Positions 13,401 through 26,529 of a stretch of DNA of 64,000 nucleotides are shown piece by piece (within the stretch, counting starts at the first letter, position 1; every line of letters begins with the position of its first letter). The stretch lies in the NCBI GenBank assembly GCA_024679065.1, contig JAGIQG010000007.1:67828001-67892000 (forward strand), in the 5' to 3' direction. Source of the DNA: Sphyrna mokarran (taxonomy: Eukaryota). The position numbers and the translations under genes were made by a program. The notes under the pieces were generated by a model, which made no database searches, was not told the origin of the DNA, and saw nothing but the letters and a program-made list of their open reading frames with translations.

Positions 13401-13576
13401 GCTGATATTTTGAAAGAATGGTTGAATGAATATGACTCTAGCATACATAACATAACAAGTATTCCTTTAAAATGTCACAAAATTCTGAACATTTGCTCAT
13501 TAAATTATTATTTTAACATTGCAAATGTCTAGAGAACATTTGTTTGCTAAAGTTTGACCTTTTTTCTGGAGTCTGT

Positions 13577-13699
13577 GGCCAGAATTTTGCCACCTATCTG
13601 CCACAGAAATCACAGTAAGCAAGGGGCAAAGCATGAGAAGGATTGACCTCAAGTGGGATTTTACAGTTTCAGAATGAACAAGGTTGTAATATTCTGCCC
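13577..13699. mobile_element. Short (~120 bp) Harbinger-type MITE
   Basis: Ends ggccagaatttt / aatattctgccc; related copies at ~20643-20735 and ~29652-29767. Confidence 0.55.
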
Positions 13700-14687
13700 T
13701 ATGACTTCTTTTATTCACGTGGCAACTATGCCATTATGGTCTTCTATGGAAATGTAAATTAATGCTAACAAGTCTGTACATCTGCTGATATTACATTTTG
13801 TTTGGCTACTTGAGTTGCTTTTATCTGTTAACGTTTATGGCTTTCTGTAACTATCTAAAGGCAGCATTTGCTGAAACTTCTTTTAATGATTATGAAGTTT
13901 CTTAGCTTATCATGTAAACAGAACAGGAGGTATGGATGCCTTCGTTTTTGACCTGGTTCTATATCCCACAGAATCTTCAACTTTCTCAGATGACTCATTG
14001 TCTAATACATATTTATAAATCCAATTTCTAACAATCACTTCACCAAGGTTTGTTTAGCAGCCTCGGTAGATTGTGATGTTCTTTTCTCATCCACTTGAAA
14101 AGACCAATGCAGCAAATCTTCAATAACTGGCCTCATCCCTGAAAATGTAATTTATTCAGTGGAAAGGTAGATTGAGCATTGTTCAACCATGAATACAATT
14201 CAGATTTCAAACCTCTATATAACCAAGAGTTCATTAGACGGCACTCCTAATTGATACTTTAATTTCTCAGAAGCATCATTCTGTTTTCTCTGAAATAAAA
14301 TCTGCTTTACTCTAATCTGTATGAACTGATATTCTAAATTATTAGGGAAACTCAGTTATGCCGAATTCAATTGAATATCATATCAACATGGATCATTTTG
14401 AGCTTATGCAGTACAAGATGTAGTTCAGGATTAACACAAGTTAGTATTGTCATTCACAGGCTGTGCTAATGTTCTTACTGAATTTGATAGCTGAATAAGT
14501 TTGTAAGATGGCAAATTAATTATGTTTCAATAGTGTTAAGCCTTTTCACCTGTGCAGACTTGGAGAGTGAAATTCCTCCAATTGCTACTTTCAGCAAAAG
14601 AGTCAGCGAGATCAGGAATCCTATTTGTATCACTTCACTGAATGGTAGTGATGAAGAATGATACATGTGTTTCAAATGTTTTACACA

Positions 14688-15830
14688 GGGCTGAATTTTC
14701 AATCTGGAGTCAGGCACCCAACACCTGCTTCATTTCTAGGACCCAAACTCACAAGGCAACAGAATCAGTGAAACAATGCAATTATAAAATATTAAGTGCC
14801 TAATTAGCCCAGAATGTGGTGCATGTCCAATTTGCAGGAGCCAGAGATGGGACAGAGAAGCTGAGGATCCTTTTTAAGATCAAATGGTAACCACAATAGC
14901 TTGCCGCTCATGAGGAGATGACTCAGAAGGGTTCGCAAAGGGCTAGAGCTGCCTAGGCAGCCCAATATTCTCTAGTGGCTCTTTGGAGGCATTGACTAAA
15001 GAAATTGCTGAGAGCCAAGAAATATTATTCCTGCCATCAGATGGAAGAAGTCTGCACAGACAGTCCAACGGCGTCTCCACGGATGTGGTGACAGAGATCA
15101 GCATTGGAGGAGTGACTGAGAGGATACGGGTTCAATGTTGTAATAGTTTTGATAACTTAATAAGATCTGGAAAGGTGAGTGGCAAGAAGCACCTGGGTAA
15201 CAGGCTTTTCAATCTGTATGCAGCAGTACATAGGCTGGGCAGCAGACAATAGTTCTCTCAAACATTTTTAAAGCAACTGGCCAATTATAACATTGAGCTA
15301 CCTCCGCATAAAAGCACCAAGCAGAAGGGGGACCATTACAGGGGAGTGTGACAGCTCATGTCTGAGCCATGCTGCAATACATGAGGAAGACCAGGATCTT
15401 TGTACATCATTGTCTCCTCATCCTGGCGTGGATGGAGCACTCACAGAACTTGGACTGTCATATCATGTCTCGGCAGCATCCATTCAAACCTCCGATGGGC
15501 TTAAATCAAGTTTAGAACAGACAGCAGCAGGTAAATAGTGCACCACAAGTGAGAAGAGGGTGAAGCTGAGTCAACTGCGGGCAATCATCCTTTGGAGAAC
15601 AGAGAACAGACACAAATATACTCCACTGGGCAGAGATACTGGACTTCAGGTATCACAGGGAGAAAGGTCTTTCTGAAATGTCAGAAGCAGACGAGTTCCT
15701 GAATGTTGCTGACTAGACAATGAAGGAGTCCAGCATCCAGCACATGTGCATATAATGTCTTATAGTTTTGAGCACTGAAAGAGTGACCAAACTCTTGGAC
15801 AGCCAGATGCAGGGAATGGAAAGCTTCCAA
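14688..15830 (+). mobile_element. Harbinger element remnant with Myb/SANT-like ORF
   Basis: Starts with TIR-like gggctgaattttc and contains the Myb/SANT relic at 14947-15174; right end uncertain. Confidence 0.55.
14947..15174 (+). pseudogene. Harbinger-associated Myb/SANT-like DNA-binding exon relic (NAIF1/MSANTD-like)
   Basis: PIFSSGSLEALTKEIAESQEILFLPSDGR...TDVVTEIS...ERIRVQCCNSFDNLIRSGK followed by a GTGAGT donor; resembles PRFS..LE.L..EV..R..VLFP.DG...W..VA...RT..QCRKRFNDL. Confidence 0.65.
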
Positions 15831-17839
15831 TTCTCTGCCATAAGAGTAACAAAGCCATAACCTTTGGCCTTTCTCTCTCTTGATATCACTTAATTTTGTA
15901 TTTCATTTATACTTGTATTTCTGACCAGGAAATGTTTGATGCCTAAAAAGGGTGAAGGTCCCTGGTGAAGGTTTAAATCCACAATTTAAGGACAGCATAA
16001 ATTTTAAGAGTGTAAGTGAAGACAATAGTTAATGAAAACTGTTAACTAACTGATAACAAAAAGCCTGCAGAATGTCAAGAAAAGGCAAAGGCCCAGCTGT
16101 TCAGTAGTTGCACATCTGAGAAAAAATAAATTAGAGGTAATAATGAAATGACCTCTGACTCAACTCTTTCAGCACAAATAATAAAGTAAATAAGGTAAAA
16201 TAAAGAACAAAATGGAAGCAAAGACTAACCTATAGCCTTTTCTATAAAATCACTCTGTGAACTAGATATATGTACTTAATGTATTTAAATTAAAGAATGT
16301 GAAGAATATAGACATAAATTAATTCCACTTCATAAGCATGAAACTTTGTGGGCTCACATTGTTTCAGAAAATCAAAGATCTGATTTTACAGTGGATGATA
16401 GTGAGTTGCCTTACTGCTGGTATGGAGTCAGGAAATTCAGCCCATGGTTTATACAAAGTAATTCATCCTTTTTTTTTATACAAGGGTACCTATCTGTATG
16501 GGAAACTTGCCATTGTACATTTGCACTCATGGTAATCCACCATCTGGTGACTCCATGTCCTTATGGTATTCAGCCAAATATAAAATTCACAGAAAGTACA
16601 CAATGTTAAGGAAGAGATCACGTAACAGTATTGTCTTTATACCAACATTATATAACTGCGTATTGAAAAAATATGTTTATAAAGTTTTTGAGTCCTTCAA
16701 ATTAAACCTGTGTTTGCACTGGATGTTACTTTTATTGCACCAAGTTTGAAATTCAAGTTGTGTGAATTTTTAGTTTTACAATTATCACCTTCACTGCATT
16801 TTGCATTCAAATCTGGATTGAAATTTTAGCATTGGTTCTGCATTCTAATCCATCCAACTTGACTGTGCATCACTTCAAAAGAAATTGTATAACTGTTCCG
16901 CTAACATTTAGAATATTAAGTTGCAATTTACACCCATGGGAATGTCTCCTAATGTCGAAAGCTTGTTCTCAGTATTCAGAGATATTCATGGGCCTGCAAG
17001 TAAAAGTATAGAAAAAATGTTAGTGAAAAAAATTGGTACCTTTTATTAAATTTATGTAATTAATTGCTAGCACTATACCAGATTTACAATCTTTTAAAAA
17101 TATCAGTTACTGGCAATATCAAATAATAAGTTGAATGTCCAAAGCAAAAAAAACTGAAACTGAGCACAATTTGATCAATTACACATGACAACTGCCACTT
17201 TTATGTCAGCATCTCATTTTCAGTCCTTTTATCATTAAAAGCAAATGAATGCTGTTATTAATTTGGTGATGTGATTTTTTCTTTTAAACAAGCATAAGTA
17301 AATATAAAACACAAGTACCTATTTTAAAGAAACATGTTTGTATTTTAAGCTACTGTGGAATTGAATGTACGCCAAATCTAAATAATCTAGAACATATTCC
17401 TAACTAGGAAGTGAAATCACACTTGTCATGTTGCTTTCTCTGAACAGTTGCAGTAACGTCAGTATTGAATTTCCTTGGCTTGCAGCAAATTATGTTTATG
17501 TCTGTATGACATATGAAAACTATTGTATCAGCTGAGTCAGAATCCCCATGACTATGGCTACGTTAGAGATATTCTGTGCCTTTCCCAAATGTCATGCATT
17601 TGGGAAATTTTTTTGTTTGCTTTTTCTTTAATTGATAAGGTAGTTATGGATATGTCTTATTATGCTTATGATTTGAGTAAATACAAAATTATTTTTTTTT
17701 CCTGATTCATAACTAATAAATTAAATTGCTGTACAATGAACTATTTCTGTATTTATTTTCATGTTTATATTGAAACTAATGTACTTCGTCACTTGGTAGT
17801 ACAGTATCTTATTAAAAGGAGAGACAGTTTGCTGAATAT

Positions 17840-18229
17840 TTTCATCTTGCACTCGTCTGGACAATGGAAGAATGCCAAATTTCAAATTATTACACCAATT
17901 ACAAGACTACTAGAGGAGAAAAGGTTGATTGGTTGGCAAGCTGTCTGATTGGCCAAAGTGTTGCCATAGATAAAGCAATAGGGTACTATAGGCTCCCCAA
18001 GTTCCCAGGTCATTCAAAAGAAGTGCAAGTCTTGAACATATTCCTTTTGGAATTACTGGAAGCTTTGGAAGCCTATAGTCTGCCATTACTTTCTCCATGC
18101 TCCACATGGCAACACTTCAGCTAATCTTTGTTGAGTTGCCAACTAATCACCCTTTTCTCCTGTAGCATAAGTTATTGTGGTTTAAAATTTAGCATTTTTG
18201 TCTTGTTATGATGAATGCAAGATGAAAAG
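17840..18229. repeat. ~390 bp imperfect palindrome (probable Penelope-related inverted element)
   Basis: Left arm ttcatcttgcactc...ggagaaaaggttgattggttggcaa...ctataggctccccaag pairs with right arm gcttt...gcctatagt...ttgccaactaatcacccttttctcc...tgcaagatgaaa; single-arm copy at ~63160-63245. Confidence 0.7.
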
Positions 18230-18335
18230 TTCTCCTTCTGACAATCTTATATTTAGCTAATTTTACCTATTTTATATCTAACCACTGCATAGACAGCTAT
18301 TTCTATATTTTCTCCCATTTTCATATTGGCAGAGT

Positions 18336-19052
18336 GTGTTAGGACCCTGGACCAGAATTCCAAATATTAAGGATTGGACCTCAGCATTTTTTTTATTTTG
18401 GCATAAACATGAGATAGCATGTTTCACTGTAGGAGTAATTCCGCTGACAAATTAGGGATCTTTTATAGTGAAAACAAACCTTACACAATAACACAGTTGA
18501 ACTACAACTCTAACAAATGAATCAGCTTAACTATTATCTATTGAGTAATATTTAAACCCAAAAATAATCAACTCTAATTTCTAACTTATCACTGTTTCCA
18601 TTCCAAATAAGCAAAATTAATTTACAGATTCAAAAATCATTTTACATATAGTTAACAATCATAAATATACTTGCTATAACAAGTGTAAGTGGCCTTGAAG
18701 CTTTCAGAGAGATATTGTGCAGAGAACAACTTGCAGACCCTATGTCTTTCAACAAATTCTAACTGGAAATCAAAAACTGTTGTCTCTCTCCTTCATACCT
18801 ATCTCCTCTGATTAACGACATTATCGCATGACCCTGTCAATCTAAATCTATTCTTTTCTTTTTATAAAATAAAGTCTATTATCGCTCCCTTAAATAAAGA
18901 TTACGTAGCTAAAATGAGTAAATACGCTGCTCTCTGACTACCTGAGCTGGATTCACCCCCAATCACACTGACTAACTGCAAAAAAAAATTCACTTTAAAA
19001 TAGTTCCCTTAAACATAAAGATGCATCTATAGCAATAGCACATTATCATCAC
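18336..19052. mobile_element. Possible solo LTR
   Basis: Begins tgtgttaggaccc and resembles the tgttgtgatctc-starting segment at 11241; non-coding. Confidence 0.3.
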
Positions 19053-19567
19053 TAGAGTATTTTGGTGAATAGTAATTCACAATGCCACTCTTTACAAATT
19101 GTGGAAAACAAAAAGAACATTTTTAAATTTAGCAGTGATTAGTTAATATCTTAATGAAATTTAAAAAGACTGAAAAATACAAAAACATAAAATAACTTCA
19201 CAATTGGTAAATTAAATGTTTTTAAATGGAAACTGTAGACACATATCGTGAAACCACTCTCTGCATTATTTGGAGTTAATGAGCAGAGTTTAATGAAACC
19301 AATCTGTTTGTAGCTGAGGAATGGGGTGTCAGCAGATTGGGAACTCCATGTTTACTGGAGCAGATTTCACCATGGAAATGGTGCTATGGCATTGGTATCA
19401 CACTTTTGGGATTCCCACAGTCACGGAGAGCATACGTGATAATGATCTTCATCTGTCAGTGGAAGGATTTCGAGTTAAAGGAACCACAGCAGGGGTTATA
19501 CTGACTGAAGTCTACATTGATTATTAAGGCTTCATCAACCATGAGAATGCAAGTGAGACATGGATAG

Positions 19568-19790
19568 GCTGTTCTCTGGTTCTTTGATTGTTCCCTAGTG
19601 ATCCTGCTGTGGGTTGTTAAGTATTACAGTGAAGTGCTGTTTCCCATGAATGGGAGGAAGACGGCAACCTCTCAGATCAAATAAGCATGGCTGGAATTGA
19701 CAGATGCAATTAGCAGTGGGAATGTCATCCCTTACACCTGGATTCATTGCTACAAGAGGATGACTAAGCTCAATGAGAGCAATAAAGGTG
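19568..19790 (+). pseudogene. Harbinger Myb/SANT-like gene, exon 1 relic
   Basis: FFDCSLVILLWVVKYYSEVLFPMNGRKTATSQIK*AWLELTDAISSGNVIPYTWIHCYKRMTKL retains the W and TW..C.KR motifs with one stop; probable further exons at ~20085-20195 and ~20320-20450. Confidence 0.75.
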
Positions 19791-19888
19791 TGACTTCCCA
19801 TGTTAATGTGCCAGCTCGACACTCTGACTTACATAGCATTCTCCTGCATAACACTTACCAAAGTGGTAGATACACTGTTAAGCTTCAT

Positions 19889-19936
19889 TCTCAAGGAATC
19901 TCCTCACATCCCTCTCAAGGAATCTCCTCACATCCC
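19889..19936. repeat. Perfect 24-bp tandem duplication
   Basis: tctcaaggaatctcctcacatccc x2. Confidence 0.95.
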
Positions 19937-20489
19937 CATCTGAACAGCCAACATTGACACCCACATTTATCTTTGCACTAGCTCATACTTACACCTGAAA
20001 GTCACCCTCTATAATTGGTGTCAATCCTTTCTGTCCATACATTTTGTTTCTCACACTTCTTAACTCTCTGATTTCTTTTGTAAGTCGAGAGAGAGAGAGA
20101 CAGAGGACCAGGATGGCCTTCAAGTCCTTCAGAGATGGTGATCTTGGAGATCAGTAGAGTGATCGAGTGCAGTGGTGAGGGAGAAATAGCAAGCCTTGCA
20201 GATTCCTCATAATCACACTGACAATTGACACTGCTGTTGCAGATGCAGATGTGAGCATCTGCACAATAGCAATACTTCACCTTTTCCCCATATCAATTCT
20301 AATTTATGTCCTCCACCAAGGTCCATCAAGTATGACACAGAAGCAAGTGGATACCAAGGAGCTCACTCAGGTTGCACCATGTGAGGAAGCACCATCACGT
20401 GACTCAAATACATCCTTCAAGAACACAGATACAAAACAGCTTGGTGGGGCCTTTCACAGGATAGCTAGGTTGTCATGTGTAAACCATAA

Positions 20490-20600
20490 GATCATAGAAT
20501 CTCTACAATGCAGAAGTAGGCCATTGGACCCATCGAGTCTGCACTGACTCTTACCCAGACTTATTCCATAACCCCACATATTTATCCCACTAACCTAGTT
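20490..20600 (-). mobile_element. HE1 SINE 3' fragment
   Basis: atcatagaatctctacaatgcagaagtaggccatt...cactaacct. Confidence 0.75.
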
Positions 20601-21479
20601 AATATAATGTTGGAGATAAGAAGTGAAATGGACACACTATCACTGGAATTTTACTGCTCTGCCAGCCATGCAATCAGAATGGGTGAGGGACAGGTTTTCC
20701 TGTCTCGCTAGAACAAGGCCATAAAATCCTGCCCCATATCAAAGGGTGCTGGACACTGGAAACTCTACTCAACTGGACAAATTTACTGAGCCTTGAAGTT
20801 CATCATTGACTATTTTGACGTAGCAATTGAAAATTTCCAGTTACCCTGTGTACCCTTAGAGAGAGATTGGAGGAGCTTGTATTTACCAAGGGTGCCATGA
20901 TGTCTCGGGCATTTGCACTGATATCCACCTCCATGGATTGTGTGGCCACTTCCATGGAGAATCAGACATGACAGGAAAACCAATAACCTATACTCAATCT
21001 AATTAGGATGGAGGAAAGCATCACTTTGGCCAATCAGTGCCTCACTGAAACACAGCAGTGTACCCTCCACTTCTTGGTTAGTAGGGAAATGTAGGTATGC
21101 CATGAGAGAAAAAACAGAGAAATGGCATATGAATATGATCCTTGCACTTTATTTCAAATTTCCATTGCTTTTTCATGCTCATTATTCTCATCAAGCTTCC
21201 AAATGGATATTAGAATGACTGGCATGACCAGGTGAAAAACATACAAAGATGTGAATGACAAAGAGGACTATCTGACTGTGAAAATGATTTACACTTGAGG
21301 AGAGAATAGGCAGTGTGTTCAGCATTAGTATTCATGTAGGCTTTACATACTCACCTGAACCATGCCTGGATGTGTCCCCCACATGTTTCTATAACAGCCA
21401 TTACACATATTCTGGGCACAACAGGCTCCTCCTCCTCTAAGGCAGCTGAGAGATTGTCACCTTCTTCCTTCTGTATTGC

Positions 21480-22260
21480 TAGTCCTCAATGGAGTGCAAT
21501 CTTGAGAATGATGTAGCAGATGACAACCATCCTGCACACTCACTGGCATGTAATTTCAGGCACCCAGGATCTATCCAGGCTTGCATCTTCAGCAAACTCA
21601 TGGTTTACACTCCTCTGCAACCATGGTGCAGCCCCTCACAGATATTGTTGTCCTCAGTCGGCAGCTCTTTTCTCAAGGAACCACAGGACGCTGTTTAGAG
21701 GTGCAAAGATTTGTAGGAGATGTAGGAGGAAGGCATCATGACAGCTTCTGAGATATCTTGCACAGACATGCATGAAAACCTTCTAGTGATTCAATAATTT
21801 GGGGATAAAAATGGAAATACTTTGATTTGACAAAGACTGCTGGTTGATGTGGAAATGCCTTCCTTGCCACCTTTGTGTAGATTGGCACTCCCTAATACTT
21901 CCAGTCCAGTCACTGGACCCTCCAGTTTTGGCTGATGTCCTCATCAGTGGCAAAGTGGGTGTAAATTGTGTCTTACAGCAAGATGGCCTCAATCACCTGG
22001 GAGATATTTTTGGACATCAAATTGTGAAATATGCAGGTGTCACCAGCTGATCCCTGGAAGGAAACACAGGTAAAGAAATTCAAAGCTCTGCTGACCTGGA
22101 TGGCCGCTGGCAATTCCCAGCTGATCCTTTCGGAGGAAATCTTGATCCAGGCAGTCGCAGATGTCAGGAACAACCTGTCATGAAATCCTGAGCTTCCTGC
22201 GGCACTGCTGTTCTGAAATGTTGAAGGATTTTTTGTCTGTAGACCCTGTGCTATAGGCTG
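21480..22260 (-). pseudogene. Decayed Harbinger DDE transposase (HARBI1-like)
   Basis: Reverse-strand pieces in order: LPAAIQVSRALNFFTCVSFQGSAGDTC...ISQVIEAI; HQPAVFV; FMHVCARYLRSCHDAFLL; LLKM; LDRS; VCRMVVICYIILKIAL; multiple frameshifts. Confidence 0.85.
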
Positions 22261-22748
22261 GAGCTCTGAGACCATCCATTCTTCCCCGTGGGATGGCAAT
22301 GAAGAAGGAAACTATTGTTGCTGCTTCTGTTGGTGCTCCTGCTGCTTTGGTCTGCTGGCATTCATGTTTCTGCTTCCCTTGTTCCTCATCAGAGATCCAA
22401 GATAAAGCTGCATAAACAATTCTTATGCTGCAGTAATGGCTCTCAGCAGTTCAGGGTTGAGTGAAGTTGAAGATACGTGAAGTACCTTCCAAGAACTGAG
22501 GCATCACCCATAATACAATGGAGGTAAACTCTCAGGGGAAATCCTATGAGTACAAGCCTTTCATAAAGACAGAAAAGTAGCTATGCAGTTTTGCTATTTA
22601 AAGCCTTCCCACCTATCAGTTTCACAGATGAATCCTCACCTTGCTCTCCCATAAAATGCTGCAGCTATTGGAAATCTGAAATAAAATCAGAAAATGCTGG
22701 AAAAACTCAGCAGGTCAAACAGGATCTGCAAAGAAAGACAAAGAGTAA

Positions 22749-23619
22749 GGCTGGGATTCTCTCTACTCAAGCAGCACAGCAGGCAGGAAGACACCAGCCT
22801 TCAGCAAGGTTCGTGACCAGCGCAATATGAGTCTCCTAAGTGCTTTTTTTTTAGCACAATCAGCTCCATGCCGATTTCTATATGGGAAATATCATATGAG
22901 AATCTCTACTTCCATATGATTAGTAGACTCAGGACAGCATTCTCAGGGTCTGCTAGCATCTCTCCCCGTGCCCCTTCTGCTGGGATGGATCCCTCCAGTG
23001 GGGTTTGCAACTAACAGGGAATAGGTATCCCCACCCTGCTGGTGGGGCCAGAGGCCATTGAGGGTGACCCCCCTTTCTGCAACTAGTATCGGTGGGAGAG
23101 TGAGAGAGAAGGCTATCAGGGCTGCTCATCAGAGTTGGGGTGAGGGGGTGTTGGGGCTGGCTATAGGGGTAAGGGTGTCAAGGCTGGCCATTGGGGTGGG
23201 GGGGGGGCTTAGGACTGGTCATTGGGACTGGCTATAGGGGGGAGAGGGAGATCAGGGCTGGCCCAGGGAGATCCAGTAGGTTAGTAATTGGGTGTGGGGA
23301 GCTTGGGAAGGCCAGTGAGCAGGGTTGGGGAGAGGGCAGGCCAACAATTGGGAGGCCAGTGATGAGGGGGACAACGCACATGTGCTTTGTCACTTATAAA
23401 ATGGTACATGAGCTATGGCCCACTCAGCACTATACTGCCGACCTTGTGGATAGGAATAGGGCCCATGTCCTACTTTTCAAAGTGAATCACACTGCAGCAT
23501 TTTGCAATACTCAGAGTGTCAGAGATTTGTCCTGGTAAGTAAACCCAAAAAACTGGCAAGAGATATGCCTATTTTCCCACCCATTGGACACATTTTTGTT
23601 TTTGGGAGAATCCCGACCC
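22749..23619. mobile_element. Harbinger-type MITE with TAA target-site duplication
   Basis: TAA|ggctgggattctc ... gagaatcccgaccc|TAA (TAA at 22746-22748 and 23620-23622). Confidence 0.8.
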
Positions 23620-23774
23620 TAATGTTTCAGGATGTGTTTGCCTCACTGATTTTTAACCAGCTCATGAAATACACACATCAATTGTTAATTGAGGGTTAAA
23701 ATCTTTAATTGGTTCTTTAAATGTTTAACTTGCTGCTCTGATATCCCCATGGTGTTTGCCACTCACCTGATAAG

Positions 23775-24770
23775 GTCATAAGAATTAGAAGCAAAGTTAG
23801 GCAGCCCATCAAGCCTGCATTGTCATTCAATAAGTTCATGGCTGATCTGACTGTGGTCTCAACTTTACTTTTCCGCCTACCCTCCATAACATTGACACTC
23901 TTGTCCATCAAAAATCTGTCGATCTCAGTCCTGAATATATTCAATGATCAAGCCTCCACAGCTCTCTGAAAGAAGAAAGTCCTCCTCACTTCTATCTTAA
24001 ATGGGAGAGAATTAGTTTTCAACTGTGCCCCTTAGTTCTAGATTCCATCATAAGAGGAAACACCTTCTCAGCACTGTCAAGAACCCTCGTAATGTTATAT
24101 TTCAATAAGATCACTTCTCATTCTGCTAAATGACTATCAGTATAGTCAGTACAGTCCAACCTGCTCAACCATTCATCTCAGACAATCCCTTCATCCCAGA
24201 AATCAGTGAATTATTTTCTAAATTGCTTCCAATGCAAGTATATCTGTCCTTAAGTAAGGAGACCAAAACTGTACACAGTAATCTAAATCTCACAAATACC
24301 CCATACAGTTCTAGCAAAACTTCCCTTCTTTTACATTCCATTCCTCTTGCATAAAGGTCAACATTCCATTTGCCTACCTAATTATTTGTTGTACCTGCAT
24401 GCTAACTTTTCATGATTCATGCACAAGAACACACAGATCTCATTACCGCAACATTCTGCAGTCTTTCTCTATTTAAATGATATTCTGTTTTTCTATTCTC
24501 CCTGCCAGAATGGATAACTGCATAATTTGCTACATTGTACTCCATCTGCCACTCACTTAACCTATCTGTAATCCCTTTGAAGCCTCACAACTTACTTTCC
24601 TACCTATCTTCGTATATCATCAAAGGGATCAACTGGCTGCAATGCTAGATTGATTAATCATAAACATTTAAGGCCTAGTACTGATCCCTTTGGCACTCCA
24701 CTCATCAGAGTTTGCCAATCTGAAAATGATCCATTTACCCCAACTGTGTTTCCCATTAGTCACAAGTACA
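23775..24770 (-). mobile_element. CR1 LINE 3' fragment
   Basis: cataagaattagaagca tail; ggagaccaaaactgtacacagta (reverse of YCVQFWSP); ORF 23717(-) NIFRTEIDRFL. Confidence 0.85.
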
Positions 24771-24784
24771 GTAAAGTTGGAAGT

Positions 24785-24978
24785 TCATAAGATATAGGAG
24801 CAGAATTAGGCCATTCAGCCCATTGAGTCTGCTCCACTATTCAACCAATTCTGATATACTCCCCATCCTCATTTTCCTGCCTTCACCCATAATCCTTCAA
24901 CCCATTACCAATTAAAATTCTGTCTAAATCCTCCTTAAATTTACTCACTGTCCCAGCATCCACTGCCCTTTGGGATAG
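24785..24978 (-). mobile_element. CR1 3' end
   Basis: cataagatataggagcagaattaggccattcagccc; ORF ...QRAVDAGTVSKFKEDLDRIL. Confidence 0.8.
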
Positions 24979-25309
24979 CAAGTGAGTAGGACCATGTCGG
25001 GCTTTTAACACACAATGCTTTGAGGGGTTTAAACCCCCCACTCTCACTCCATGCCCCCCCACCCCACCCTTGTGATAGTTAAGTTCGTATGTTTGAAACA
25101 CAGGGGCTAATCAGTTGTCACTGAATTTGTAAAGAAAAGCAATGTTTGACAAGTTTAGTTAAATTTTTTGCAGAAATTATAGTACATAGATAGAAAGATT
25201 CATCAGGCATTTCAAAGAGGGTTGTTCCAAACACTAAGGCATGATGCATTGAGGAGAAGGTTATGTCATGGTTGAAGCTGAGACTTGACTCTGGGTTTTT
25301 GTTGCTTCA

Positions 25310-26520
25310 AAGAACAAAGTACAGTGCTGGAAGAGGCCCTTTGGCCTTCTAAGCCTTGCCAATCATGGTGCCCTAAAAATCTTCTTACCTTACTCAATTC
25401 ATATTCCTCTATTCCCTCCCTATTCATGTAGTCATCTAGATGCCTCTTAAATGTTCCTAATGTGCCTGCTTCCAGCACCTCCTTTGACAGTATGTTCCAG
25501 GCACCCACCACACTCTGTGTGAAAACCTTCCCCTGCACATCTCCTTTAAACTTTCACTGTCTCACCTTGAACCTGTACCCCCTTGCAATTGACACTTCCA
25601 CCTTAGGAAAAAGCCTCTGACTATCCACCCTGTTTATGCCTCTCATAATTTTATAGACCCCTATTAGATTTTTCCTCAGCTTCTGTCTTTCCAGTGAAAA
25701 CAATTCTAGTTTATTCAATCTCTCCTCATAGTTAACACCCTCAAGACCAGGCAATATCCTGGCGATAGCATTACCTCCACAACTTCCATGTCCTTCTGGT
25801 AAAGTGGTGACCAAAACTGTACACAAAACTTCAAACGCAGCCTAACCAAAGTTTTATGTAACCGCAACATTATTTGTCAATTCTTGCACTCACTGCCTTG
25901 GCTGATGAAGGTAAGTATGCTATATGCTTTCCTAATCACCTTGGCGACCTATGTTGCCACTTTTAAGGAATAGCATGGATCTGCATGCCTCTGTATGTTA
26001 ATGTTCTTAAAGGTTTTGCCATTTACAGGATAATTCACACCTAAATTCAATCCTCCAAAATGCACCAACTCGCATTTGTCTGGATTAAACTCCATCTGCC
26101 ATTTCTGTGCCCAAGTCTCCAATCTACCTATATCTTTTGACATTCTCTGACAATTCTTGGCACTATCAGTAATTTTATCAATCTTCACGTCATCTATCAA
26201 CTTATAATCAGATCATCCATATTTTCCTCTAGATCATTTGAGGTCACAACACTAATCCTGTGGACTGGCTACAGGTCTCCATTCTGAAAAACATCCTTCC
26301 ACTGCTACTCATTGTCTCCTTATAACCAAGCCAGTTCTGTTTCCATCTAGCCAGCCCACCCTGAATCCCATGTGATTTTTGTTTTTGTACCAGTCTTCCA
26401 TGTCAAATGCCTTACTAAAGTCCATATAAATTACATCCACAGCCCTTCCCTCATCAATTACCTTTGTCACATCTTCAAAAAATCATTCTGCCTGTCATTA
26501 ATTAGTCCATTTTCATCCAA
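25310..26520 (-). mobile_element. CR1 LINE ORF2 3' portion, decayed
   Basis: ORFs DDVKI...WAQKWQMEFNPDKCELVHFG, YEERLNKLELFSLERQKLR...VYKIMRG and FTQSVVGAWN. Confidence 0.9.
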
Positions 26521-26529
26521 ATGTGAAGA

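Noticed and set aside
16535-16552. CTCF-like CCACCATCTGGTGA
   Set aside because: Partial match only; cannot be supported without PWM scoring or ChIP data
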